Assembly (NCBI GenBank): GCA_041613315.1
Contig: JBFJHJ010000004.1
Span: forward strand, 49,931-113,930
Source: Gemmatimonadales bacterium
GTDB taxonomy: Bacteria; Gemmatimonadota; Gemmatimonadetes; Gemmatimonadales; GWC2-71-9
Length of the DNA: 64,000 bases
Direction: 5' to 3'
A program made the translations under genes and the position numbers. Below, one piece after another: positions 1-11,163 of this stretch. The notes under the pieces were generated by a model. It was given only the letters and a program-made list of their open reading frames with translations, made no database searches and was not told where the DNA came from. Numbering within the stretch: position 1 is the first letter of the stretch; each line of letters opens with the position of its first letter.

Positions 1-1003
1 GGTCGCCCCACCGCGCCACCGTCAGCGCCTCGAGCCGGAGGCGTGCGGCACCGGCGGCGCCCGGGGCGATCGTCCCGTCGGCCGGCGTCACCCGCGCCAT
101 GATCTCCGCCGTCCCCAGGTGGAGTCGGATCCGCGACCGTTGGGTGAGTGGTCGCGCCGTGGGCAGGAGGGTGATCATGGCGTCGAGCGCCACCGTCGGG
201 CGCCAGGCGTCGGACGTGACCACGACGTCGCCCCGCGTCACGGCCTGTCGGTCGATCCCGGCGAGGGCCAGGGCGGTCCGCCGGCCCGGCTCCGCCCGTT
301 CGCGGGCCTCCCCGTGCACCTCGACCCCCCGCACGCGGCCCCGGACGTCGGCCGGCAGGACGCGCACGTCCTGGCCCACCTGCACGGTGCCGTTCCACGC
401 GGTGCCGGTCACGACGGTGCCTGCCCCCGCGATACTGAACACGCGGTCCACCGGCATGCGGAAGACGTCGTCGGCCGCACGGGACGATGCCCGCTCCGCG
501 GCCCGCCCAAGCGCGGCGACGAGCTCGTCCAGACCGTCCCTCGTGACGGCCGACGCGGCGACCGGCGCCTCCCACGTGATGGGGGACGCGTCGAGCCGCT
601 CGACGAGATCGGCGCGGACCAGCTCGAGCCATTCCGCGTCGGCCAGGTCGCGTTTGCTGAGCACCGCGACTCCCGTACGCACGCCGAGGAACTCGAGGAT
701 GGCCAGGTGCTCCACGGTCTGCGGCATGACGCCTTCGTCCGCCGCCACGACGAGGAGCGCCAGGTCCACCCCGGCGGCGCCCGCCACCATGTTCCGTACG
801 AAGTGCTCGTGTCCCGGCACGTCGACGATGCTCGCCGTGAGCCCGTCCGCGAGCCGGAGGGGCGCGAACCCCAAGTCGATGGTGATGCCGCGGCGCTTCT
901 CTTCCGCCCAGCGGTCGGTGTCGATGCCCGTGAGCGCCTTGACCAGCGCCGTCTTGCCGTGGTCCACATGACCCGACGTCCCGATCACGACGTGCCGGCT
1001 CAT
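1..1003 (-). CDS. selB: Selenocysteine-specific elongation factor SelB (5' part; runs off window edge)
   Basis: Manual translation from ATG 1003: [47 protein letters not shown]...[44 protein letters not shown] overlap with recO stop; not in supplied ORF track because no stop is in the window. Confidence 0.92.
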   Translation of the reverse strand, partial: MSRHVVIGTSGHVDHGKTALVKALTGIDTDRWAEEKRRGITIDLGFAPLRLADGLTASIVDVPGHEHFVRNMVAGAAGVDLALLVVAADEGVMPQTVEHLAILEFLGVRTGVAVLSKRDLADAEWLELVRADLVERLDASPITWEAPVAASAVTRDGLDELVAALGRAAERASSRAADDVFRMPVDRVFSIAGAGTVVTGTAWNGTVQVGQDVRVLPADVRGRVRGVEVHGEARERAEPGRRTALALAGIDRQAVTRGDVVVTSDAWRPTVALDAMITLLPTARPLTQRSRIRLHLGTAEIMARVTPADGTIAPGAAGAARLRLEALTVARWGD

Positions 1004-1749
1004 GCCAGGCCCTCCCAGAAACACAGCGCCCGCACCTCGCGCCCCTCGGCAACGTGGCGCTCGACGAACCGCACCAGAAGCCGGCGGTGCGCGGCCGCGT
1101 CCCGCGCCGCGAGCACGCCCACCTCCCCCGCGCTCCCCGCCACCAGCTGCTCGAACACGCCGCGATGGGGCGCCGCGAGCGTCGTGGTCTTTCCCGCGCG
1201 AGCGCACGCGGTGCACAGGAACCCGCCGTCGGGAACGGAGAAGGCGATCTTTCCCGCGGGCAGGGTGCGACCGTCCCGGGCGCACACGTCCACGCTGGGG
1301 GTGAATCCCAGCGCGGCGATCACCGCCCAGAGCGCGGCGAGCGCCGCGGCGGGCAGCCGCTCGGCCGGGACGGCGGCGAGGTGGTCCAGCTCCCGCACGA
1401 CGAGCGTGAAGATCTCGGGATGGGGCTCCGGCGGCGCGAACCGCAACACCAGCTCGGCGAGCGCGGCTCCCGCGGCAAAGCGCGCGACGTGCGCCGCGAA
1501 CACCGGACGCTGCACGGCAACGTCGAACTCGGCGAGCGTGTGCAGGTCACGGGTGGGCTTGAGGTAGAGCTGCGCCGTGCCCTCGCTCAGCACCTGCAGG
1601 CGAGCCCCGAACCGGCTCTTGGCGCGCTGCGCGCCCTTAGCGATCGCACTCTGCACCCCGTGATCGCGGGTCATCAACCGGACGATTTTCGACGTCTCAC
1701 CGTAGGGGAAGGCGTGGAGAATGACCGCCGGCGTGCTGACGAGAGCCAT
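1000..1749 (-). CDS. recO: DNA repair protein RecO
   Basis: N-terminal OB-fold pattern (YGETSKIVRLMTRDHG...AKGA) and C-terminal CARDG/FLCTAC zinc-finger region; 249 aa. Confidence 0.92.
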   Translation of the reverse strand: MALVSTPAVILHAFPYGETSKIVRLMTRDHGVQSAIAKGAQRAKSRFGARLQVLSEGTAQLYLKPTRDLHTLAEFDVAVQRPVFAAHVARFAAGAALAELVLRFAPPEPHPEIFTLVVRELDHLAAVPAERLPAAALAALWAVIAALGFTPSVDVCARDGRTLPAGKIAFSVPDGGFLCTACARAGKTTTLAAPHRGVFEQLVAGSAGEVGVLAARDAAAHRRLLVRFVERHVAEGREVRALCFWEGLA

Positions 1750-1755
1750 GGAGGA

Positions 1756-1761
1756 AAGATA
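1756..1761 (-). promoter_or_regulatory. Putative -10 box (TATCTT) 6 nt upstream of recO ATG; possible leaderless transcript
   Basis: Minus strand reads TATCTT-tcctcc-ATG with no Shine-Dalgarno. Confidence 0.45.
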
Positions 1762-1879
1762 CTGGGGCAGAGGGGACCGAGGGGGGAGGAAGACGAGAGG
1801 GACCCGCGAGCCAACCGAGATCGAGCGACGACGGCCCGCCTCTGCGCTCCTGCCCCTCCCGCCCCTTCTCCCCCCGCCC

Positions 1880-3931
1880 TTACAGCCCCACTCGCCCCCC
1901 CACCATCACTGCGCGTCCCGGTGCCCGAAAGTGGAACACCTCCTCATAACGCACATCGAACACGTTCTCGACGCGGACGAGGATGCCGGCGAACCGGCGG
2001 CCGCCGCGCCCTCTCACGAGATCGACCTCGGCCGCCACGTCCACCGCCGTGTATGCCGGCAGCGTGTCCCGTCGGAACAGGGCGAAGTCGACGTCGGCGC
2101 GGGCGCCGACGTGACGCACGTTCGTCGTGAAACGTGCGCGCGCCGGGAGCGCGTAGGACACACCGACGGCGTACTGCGTCGTGGGACGTCGCAGGAGCCG
2201 CCCGCCCTCGAGGAACTCCGCAGCCGGCCCGGCGGCGAACCCCGCATCACGCACGAGGGTGACGAGATGGGTGAGGCTCGCCGTGACCCTCAAGGGCGGC
2301 AGCGGATGAGCCGCGCCCTCCAGCTCGATGCCGGACGCGTCCGCGGCGGGCACGTTGAAGTAGTTCGGCGCGCCCGGCGCGGGCGGGGCGAACGTGAACT
2401 GGATCAGGTCACGAAACCGCTGGCTGAAATACGTCACGGCCAGCCGCGCGCGCCCCCGCGCCAGCTCGTGCTCGGCGCCGACCTCCCAACTCGTCGTGCG
2501 TTCCGGCACGAGCTCGGGGTTTCCGCGGGCGAAGGGACCCTCGGTGAAGTTCTCGAAGAAGGTGGGCTCCTTGAACGCCTTGCCGACGGACGCGCGGAGC
2601 CGCGGGCCGCGCGCGAACGCGTACGTCGCCCCGGCGCGATAGGTGAAGAACGTGCCGAACGCGTCGTTGTCGTCGACGCGCGCGCCCGCGGTCACGGCCA
2701 GACCCGGCGCCGGCCGCGCGTGCACCTGGACATAGTACCCCCGGTTCACGCGGTCGGCGGTGAGCGCACCCGTTGACGGACCGAACTCGCTGTCCGATTC
2801 GTTGCTGCTCTGCTCGCGCTGGCGCTCGAGGGCGGCGCCGAGCGTCACCACCTGGCCCCGGCCGAGGTGCAGGTTGAGGCGCGCGTCGGCTCCCCGGCGT
2901 TTCACCTGCTCCCGACTCCGGAAGGCGAAAAACCCGAGCGTGTCGGCGGGACCATCGGGCCGGTCGTCCTGCCCGCCGTCGGCGTCGTGGAGCGTGAGGA
3001 GCACCCGCGCTTCGAGCCGGTCGGTGAGGAAGCGACCCACGTCCAGCGCGCCCATGAAGCGCTCCTGCGTCTGAAAGGCATTCTCGTCCACCAGGTTGCC
3101 GGCGCCGTCGGTCGGGAAATGGAACTCACCGTCGGTGTAACGGACGCTCACGGTCGCCTCGGTGCCCGCGTCGGGCCGGGCCTGCACCGAGCCGCTCAGG
3201 ACCAGGCGGTCGTACGCGCTGTTGAACGCGAGAATCCCGTCGGTCGTCGACCGAGCCACGCCCACGCCGTACCGCACGGCCTCGAGCCCTCCGCTGACCT
3301 CGGCGTCCGCCGCCAACGACCCGTAACTGCCACCGCGGACACGCGCCGACCCCCGCAGTCTTCCGTGACCGCGCCGCGTGAAGATCTGGATCACACCGGC
3401 CACCGCGTCCGATCCGTAGAGGACGCTCGCGGGCCCGCGGACCACCTCGATCCGATCGACGTTGTCGGTCGTGAGATCGGCGAGATCCACCGCCCCGCCC
3501 GGCGCATTGAGCGGGACGCCGTCCACCAGCACCTTGACGTAATTGCCCTCCCCGCCGCGCACGAAGAGCGAGGTGAGCGCGCCGTACGAGCCGTTGCGGA
3601 CCACCGCCACGCCGGGCACGCGGCGCAGAGCCTCCGCGACATCGCGGATGCCCTCGCTCCGAAGCGCCTCGCCGTCCAGCACCGTCACCGTGGCCGAGAG
3701 CGCCGACATCCGGGTTGGCACACGGGTAGCCGTCACCACCACGGGGGGGAGCCGGACGGTGTCGGGCTGCTGCGCGCGGAGCTCTGGCGCGGCCATCAGG
3801 AGGACGGGAAGGACGATCGTTGCGATGTGGCGCACGGGTACCACTCCTATCTTCGAGTTCATTGTCCGTTGTCCGTTCCCCGTAGTTCCGTGTTCGTTGA
3901 CCGCTCGTCGCGCCGCAACCTCAGCTTTCAT
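1880..3931 (-). CDS. btuB: TonB-dependent cobalamin receptor (BtuB-like); true start may be 3862 or slightly downstream
   Basis: Signal peptide, VVVTATR TonB-box region, plug motif RIEVVRGPASVLYGSDAVAGVIQIFT, C-terminal barrel strand; last gene of riboswitch-led operon. Confidence 0.85.
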   Translation of the reverse strand: MKAEVAARRAVNEHGTTGNGQRTMNSKIGVVPVRHIATIVLPVLLMAAPELRAQQPDTVRLPPVVVTATRVPTRMSALSATVTVLDGEALRSEGIRDVAEALRRVPGVAVVRNGSYGALTSLFVRGGEGNYVKVLVDGVPLNAPGGAVDLADLTTDNVDRIEVVRGPASVLYGSDAVAGVIQIFTRRGHGRLRGSARVRGGSYGSLAADAEVSGGLEAVRYGVGVARSTTDGILAFNSAYDRLVLSGSVQARPDAGTEATVSVRYTDGEFHFPTDGAGNLVDENAFQTQERFMGALDVGRFLTDRLEARVLLTLHDADGGQDDRPDGPADTLGFFAFRSREQVKRRGADARLNLHLGRGQVVTLGAALERQREQSSNESDSEFGPSTGALTADRVNRGYYVQVHARPAPGLAVTAGARVDDNDAFGTFFTYRAGATYAFARGPRLRASVGKAFKEPTFFENFTEGPFARGNPELVPERTTSWEVGAEHELARGRARLAVTYFSQRFRDLIQFTFAPPAPGAPNYFNVPAADASGIELEGAAHPLPPLRVTASLTHLVTLVRDAGFAAGPAAEFLEGGRLLRRPTTQYAVGVSYALPARARFTTNVRHVGARADVDFALFRRDTLPAYTAVDVAAEVDLVRGRGGRRFAGILVRVENVFDVRYEEVFHFRAPGRAVMVGGRVGL
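3862..3910. repeat. Degenerate heptamer tandem repeat (TTGTCCG-like)
   Basis: ttgtccg ttgtccg ttccccg tagttccg tgttcg ttgaccg ctcgtcg. Confidence 0.5.
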
Positions 3932-4722
3932 CGCTCTCCCCTCCGAAGCGGCACGAACTGTGGCGTCCCGCGCCAGCTCCCGACCTCCACCGGCCAGCCG
4001 AAGACCTCTTCCAGGACCTCGCGCGTGAGCACGTCGGCGGGCGCTCCGGCCGCGCGCGCCGCTCCCCGGTCGAGGACGACCAGCCGGTCCACGAAGCGCG
4101 CCGCCAGATTCACCTGATGCGTCACGAGCAGGCCGGCCAGCCCCTCCACGCGGACCAGCTCGGCCACCAGCTCCAGCACCTCCATCTCGTGGCGGACGTC
4201 GAGGTTGGTGGTGGGCTCGTCCAGCACGAGGGCCCGGGGCTCCTGGGCGAGGGCCCGGGCGACCCGCACGCGTTGCCACTCGCCGCCCGACAGCGTCGCG
4301 ACCCAGCGGTCGCCGAGGTCGAGGGCATCGCATCGCTCCAGCGCGCGCATGACCGCGCGGTCATCGACGTCTCGCGGGGCGCCCAGCGGTCCCAGGTGCG
4401 GATAGCGGCCGAACAGGACCACCTGGCGCGCCCGGAGGGGGAACGCCGGCTCCTCCCGCTGGGCCACCACGCCGATCAAGCGCGCCAGATCCCGCTTCGG
4501 CCATTGCGCCGCCGCGCGCCCCGCGACCCGGGCGTCGCCCTCGGACGGCACGCGCACGCCGAGCAGCACGTTGAGGAGCGTCGTCTTGCCGCTTCCGTTC
4601 GGACCGACGATCGCCACCAGCTCGCCCGCTTCCACCGTGAGATCCACCCGCCGCACCGCGGGCGCCGCCGCGCCGGGATAGCGATAAGAGACCCCGCGGG
4701 CCTCGAAGATCAGCCCTGCCAT
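3928..4722 (-). CDS. Cobalamin/iron-chelate ABC transporter ATP-binding protein (BtuD-like)
   Basis: Walker A GPNGSGKT, signature LSGGE, Walker B LVLDEPT; start MAGLIFEARG at 4722. Confidence 0.88.
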   Translation of the reverse strand: MAGLIFEARGVSYRYPGAAAPAVRRVDLTVEAGELVAIVGPNGSGKTTLLNVLLGVRVPSEGDARVAGRAAAQWPKRDLARLIGVVAQREEPAFPLRARQVVLFGRYPHLGPLGAPRDVDDRAVMRALERCDALDLGDRWVATLSGGEWQRVRVARALAQEPRALVLDEPTTNLDVRHEMEVLELVAELVRVEGLAGLLVTHQVNLAARFVDRLVVLDRGAARAAGAPADVLTREVLEEVFGWPVEVGSWRGTPQFVPLRRGER

Positions 4723-5681
4723 CGCCGCACCAAGAGCACGAAGACGGGCACGCCGATCAAGGCCGTCACGACGCCGACCGGCAGCTCCACCGGCGCAAAC
4801 GCCGTGCGTGCCAGGCCGTCCGCCACGACCATGAGCGTCCCTCCGAGCACGAACGCCGCCGGGAGCAGGGCGTGATGGATGTGCCCCCACACGATCCGCA
4901 CGGCGTGCGGCACGACGAGCCCGACGAAGCCGATGATGCCCGAGACCGAGACCGCTGCCGCCGTCAAGAGGGAGGCGCCAAAGTAGAGCACGCGTTTCAA
5001 CCGCTCCACGTCGGCGCCCAGGAACCGGGCCGGGTCTTCGCCCAGCGACAGGAGATCGAGCGGCCGGCTCAGCGAATAGAGGGCGCCGAGCGGAAGCACG
5101 GCGTACGCGCCGAAGAGCACCACCGCCTGCCACGACGACCCGCTGAAGCTCCCGAGGATCCACAGGAGCGCGTTGCGGACCTGGGGTGCGGGGGACACGG
5201 CCATGATGGCGCCCATGGCGGCGATCGCGAACGCTCCGACCACGACACCGCCCAGCAGCAATACCTTCGTATCCAGCACGCTCCCGGTCACGACGGCCAG
5301 CCGATAGACGACGGCGATCGCCACGAGCGCGCCCACGGTCGCCGCGATCGGCACCCCCCAGACACCCCCCAGGCGGAGTGCGATGGCAGCCACCGCGCCT
5401 ACACCCGCACCGCCGGAGAGTCCCAACAGGTACGGATCCGCCAGCGGATTGCGGACCAGCGCCTGGAGCGACGCGCCCGTCACGGCGAGACTCCCGCCCA
5501 CGCAGAACGCGAGAAGGGCGCGCGGTGCTCGCAGGTCGCGCACGATGGCGACCGTCGTGGGTTCGCCGTCGCCGAGCACGGCGCGCCAGACGTCCACCAG
5601 CGGGAAACGTGCCGGCCCGACCGCCACGGCGGCGACGAGGGCGACGAGCGCGGCCGCAGCCAGCACGAGCCAGCGGATCAT
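4710..5681 (-). CDS. Cobalamin ABC transporter permease (BtuC/FecCD family)
   Basis: LQALVRNPLADPYLLGLSGGA and GIIGFVGLVVPH motifs; multi-TM; start MIRWLV overlaps btuF stop. Confidence 0.9.
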   Translation of the reverse strand: MIRWLVLAAAALVALVAAVAVGPARFPLVDVWRAVLGDGEPTTVAIVRDLRAPRALLAFCVGGSLAVTGASLQALVRNPLADPYLLGLSGGAGVGAVAAIALRLGGVWGVPIAATVGALVAIAVVYRLAVVTGSVLDTKVLLLGGVVVGAFAIAAMGAIMAVSPAPQVRNALLWILGSFSGSSWQAVVLFGAYAVLPLGALYSLSRPLDLLSLGEDPARFLGADVERLKRVLYFGASLLTAAAVSVSGIIGFVGLVVPHAVRIVWGHIHHALLPAAFVLGGTLMVVADGLARTAFAPVELPVGVVTALIGVPVFVLLVRRWQG

Positions 5682-6562
5682 CGACGCCAGCCCTCGAGCA
5701 CACGGGCGAGCTGCCGCACGGCCGCGGACGCCCGAAACGACGGATGCTCGAACTCGCTGCCCTGCACCACCGCAAAGCGCCGCTCGCGGATCGCGCGCAC
5801 CACCCGCCACTCCGGTCGCGTCGCGAGACTCGCCGTTTCCGTGCCCGCGGCGACCAGCACCACGTCCGGGTCCCGCGCCGCGATCGTCTCGATGCTGACC
5901 GTGGCCGATGGGCGGTCGAGCTCGTCGAACACGTTGTGCCCGCCGGCGAGCGAGACGATCTCGCTCAGGAAGCTGCCGCCACCGATCACGATGGGAGGGT
6001 TATCCCAGGCGAGAAGGAGGACGCGGGGCGCTTGGCCGGCGCGCGCAGTGGCTGGCGCGGCGAGCGCGACCTCGAGGCCCTCGATCAAGGAATCCGCCCG
6101 CAGCGAATCGCCGAGGACGCGCCCCAGCAGTCGGGTCACCCGAACGAGATCGGCGAGGCGGTCGAGCGCGAGGGTCACGGTCGCGACGCCGGCGCTCTCG
6201 AGGCGCTCGATGGCCGCCGCGTTTGCCGCGGAGCGGTAGAACGCGACCAGGTCGGGGCGCCGGGCCAAAATCGCCTCCACGTTGGGAGCGAGCCCGTCTC
6301 CCACGCTCGGCACGTCGCGTGCTGCGGGCGGATCCTGGCACCAGCGGGTGCGACCGACGACACGGTGGCCCGCGCCGAGCGTGAACAGCAGCTCGGTCGT
6401 GGCGGGAGAGAGTGAGACGATCCGTGCCGGCGGGGCTGTGAGGCGGATCGGCCGACCAACATCGTCGACGGCGCCCCCCGAGGTGCGGCCGGTGCTGTCG
6501 CCCGGGCCGCACGCCAGCAGCGCGGCGGCGATGAGGCCCGCGGCCTTAGGGGACCAACGCAC
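5678..6562 (-). CDS. Cobalamin-binding periplasmic lipoprotein (BtuF-like)
   Basis: RIVSLSPATTELLFTLG, PNVEAILARRPDLV, class III helical-backbone SBP; lipobox LLAC. Confidence 0.85.
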   Translation of the reverse strand: MRWSPKAAGLIAAALLACGPGDSTGRTSGGAVDDVGRPIRLTAPPARIVSLSPATTELLFTLGAGHRVVGRTRWCQDPPAARDVPSVGDGLAPNVEAILARRPDLVAFYRSAANAAAIERLESAGVATVTLALDRLADLVRVTRLLGRVLGDSLRADSLIEGLEVALAAPATARAGQAPRVLLLAWDNPPIVIGGGSFLSEIVSLAGGHNVFDELDRPSATVSIETIAARDPDVVLVAAGTETASLATRPEWRVVRAIRERRFAVVQGSEFEHPSFRASAAVRQLARVLEGWRR

Positions 6563-6564
6563 GA

Positions 6565-6600
6565 CCGCTCACTCCTTCACCGATGGAAGGCGGCGAGCGG
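6565..6600 (-). promoter_or_regulatory. SD-sequestering hairpin (riboswitch expression platform)
   Basis: Minus strand CCGCTCGCcgCCTTC...GAAGGaGTGAGCGG pairs over the GAAGGAG ribosome-binding site of btuF. Confidence 0.6.
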
Positions 6601-6664
6601 ACGCGGACACGATCGGCTGGGTTCGCGCTCCACCGGCCCTCCCACGAGGGGTTCATTGGTGGCG

Positions 6665-6821
6665 CGAACGGGAGCGTCTCCTGGCTCCGGGCATCGACTC
6701 GCCTTCCCGGTTTCCCAGTGGCGATTGAGCCGATCTGCTTGCCCGTGACAGTGGCGGGGCCGCGCCGGATTCACACCGGCTTCCGACTCCGCGTCCGCGG
6801 AAACTCGATCAACGGCTTTCG
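6665..6821 (-). ncRNA. Cobalamin (B12) riboswitch
   Basis: Minus strand contains GGAAGCCGGTGTGAATCCGGCGCGGCCCCGCCACTGT, GCCACTGGGAAACCGGGAAGG and B12-box GAGCCAGGAGAC directly upstream of a btu operon. Confidence 0.93.
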
Positions 6822-6827
6822 ATCTTT

Positions 6828-6856
6828 ATGCTATCCGCGAGACGGCGGGGGCGCAA
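6828..6856 (-). promoter_or_regulatory. Sigma70-type promoter for riboswitch/btu operon
   Basis: TTGCGC-17 nt-TAGCAT immediately 5' of riboswitch. Confidence 0.6.
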
Positions 6857-6967
6857 CCGCCGGGGAGCGGTGTGAGACGGAGGCGCGGTGAGCGATGCGC
6901 CGTCCGCGGTGAGCCCCAAACCGCCGCCGGAACCCGGCCGGGGGATCACGGCGGCTCAGCGCACCGC

Positions 6968-8050
6968 CTACGGCTCACGTTCCTTCAGCACCCGGCTCAG
7001 TCGATCTTTCAGCTCCGCGCGGCGCCGCCGGTACTCGTCGGAATCGACGTCCGTGAACGCCGCGTCGAGCGCCGCGATCTGCGCGGCCAACACCTGCGGA
7101 TCATCCGCGGCCACGGGCGCGGCCTGGGTGCGGCGCCACCACCACACGAGCGACCCGGCCATCGCCAGCGCGGCGATCAGCACCGGCACCCACCAGTACG
7201 CCGCCGGGGAGAAGGGCGCCTGGCCGAACCGAACGACCACGGCGCCGCCCGCGATCTTCTCCCCCTCGTAGCGCCGTACCAGCAGACGCTCCAGCTCCTC
7301 GACGCCGCTCAGCGTCACCGGCCCCTCCACCGTCGCCGTCGTGTCCTCGAGCATCACGTTCACTCGGCCGACCGGTTGGTCGAACGGGATCACCAGCTCG
7401 CGCATCGTGCGTGGCATGAGGTAGCTGACGAGCAGTTGCCGTTCGCCGGGGGGGACGGGAGCGGCGACCGAGACGGTGTCGCCGTGGCGGAACACGGCCC
7501 GATCGCTCATGTCGCTCTCGCCCACCTCGAACTGGATCGCCCCGGCGGGTAGCAGGCCCTGCCACACCGGCCGCGTCGTGTCGGGCGCGACGCGGGTGCG
7601 CCGCCCCGCGTTCTCCAGCACCCACAGCTCGATCACACGCCGCGAGCCGTCCGCCTCTCGCTCGCGCACCACGAGGTGCCGCTGAGACAAACGAATTGGG
7701 GGCGCGACCGAGGACGTGTCGTAGACCGCGAGCACGCCGGCCGTGTCGCTCCGAACCGACGGGAAGCGGAGCGGCTCGGTGAAGTTGGCGATCCCGGCGT
7801 ACGACACACTGACAAGGTACCGGGCGAGGGTATCGCGGGCGGCGGCCCGCAGGGCGTAGCGGCCCGCCGCGTCGGTGCGGGCCGAATCCACCGGCCCGCC
7901 CCCGGCGGGGGTGACCTCGTGCAGCACCGCCCACTGCCCGGGGAGGGGGACGGAGTCGCGCTCGGTGACGCGCACGACCCGGCCGGTCACGCGAAAGCCC
8001 TGAGCCTCGGTTGCGGGGGCGAGGCTCAGGGCTGCGAGTGCCGCGAGCAC
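6968..8050 (-). CDS. Exported/membrane-anchored hypothetical protein (carboxypeptidase-regulatory-like N-terminal domain, C-terminal TM and coiled tail); start uncertain
   Basis: Signal-like N-terminus ending ATEAQ, VTGRVV...ARTDAAGRY beta-sandwich pattern, TM YWWVPVLIAALAMAGSLVWWW. Confidence 0.65.
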   Translation of the reverse strand: MLAALAALSLAPATEAQGFRVTGRVVRVTERDSVPLPGQWAVLHEVTPAGGGPVDSARTDAAGRYALRAAARDTLARYLVSVSYAGIANFTEPLRFPSVRSDTAGVLAVYDTSSVAPPIRLSQRHLVVREREADGSRRVIELWVLENAGRRTRVAPDTTRPVWQGLLPAGAIQFEVGESDMSDRAVFRHGDTVSVAAPVPPGERQLLVSYLMPRTMRELVIPFDQPVGRVNVMLEDTTATVEGPVTLSGVEELERLLVRRYEGEKIAGGAVVVRFGQAPFSPAAYWWVPVLIAALAMAGSLVWWWRRTQAAPVAADDPQVLAAQIAALDAAFTDVDSDEYRRRRAELKDRLSRVLKEREP

Positions 8051-8054
8051 GGCG

Positions 8055-8552
8055 CTACGGCGTGAACTTACCGAAATCTTCCGGGTCCAGATTCTCGAGA
8101 TACGTCTTGAGCGACTCCGGATCCACGCCCTCGGGCGGCGGCGACATGGGTTCGACCGTGTCAATCGAGGTCAGCTCGAGCAGCTCTTCCTCGGTGAAGA
8201 TCGGCGCCTGCAGGCGCAGCGCGACCGCGATCGAGTCCGAGGGGCGCGCGTCGATCTGGATCACGTGGTCGTCGCGGTGGAGGTGCAACTCGGCATAGTA
8301 CGTGTTCTCCTTGACCTGCGTGATCAATACGCGCTGTAAGGCGGCGCCCAGCCCGATCACGATCTGCTTCACCAGATCGTGGGTGAGCGGCCGCGAGAAC
8401 TTGACGCCGGCCAGCTCCATCGCGATGGCGCTCGCTTCGGCCGGGCCGATCCAGATCGGCAGCACCCGCTCGCCGTCCTTCTCCTGCAAGATGACGACGG
8501 GCGTATTCGTGGCCCGGTCGAGGCCTAGGTGCGCCACCTTGACTTCGATCAT
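8055..8552 (-). CDS. Bifunctional nuclease family protein (DUF151)
   Basis: LPIWIGPAEA, RPLTHDL, IDARPSDSIAVALR motifs. Confidence 0.9.
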   Translation of the reverse strand: MIEVKVAHLGLDRATNTPVVILQEKDGERVLPIWIGPAEASAIAMELAGVKFSRPLTHDLVKQIVIGLGAALQRVLITQVKENTYYAELHLHRDDHVIQIDARPSDSIAVALRLQAPIFTEEELLELTSIDTVEPMSPPPEGVDPESLKTYLENLDPEDFGKFTP

Positions 8553-8556
8553 CTGG

Positions 8557-11140
<2,584 letters not shown>

Positions 11141-11163
11141 CGAACTCCCTGGAAGTGAGCGCG

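Noticed and set aside
8050..8075. Second non-canonical start (ATT/GTA) giving the exported protein a basic signal N-region
   Set aside because: Plausible but no clear RBS, and a canonical GTG at 8050 is available; cannot be decided from sequence alone
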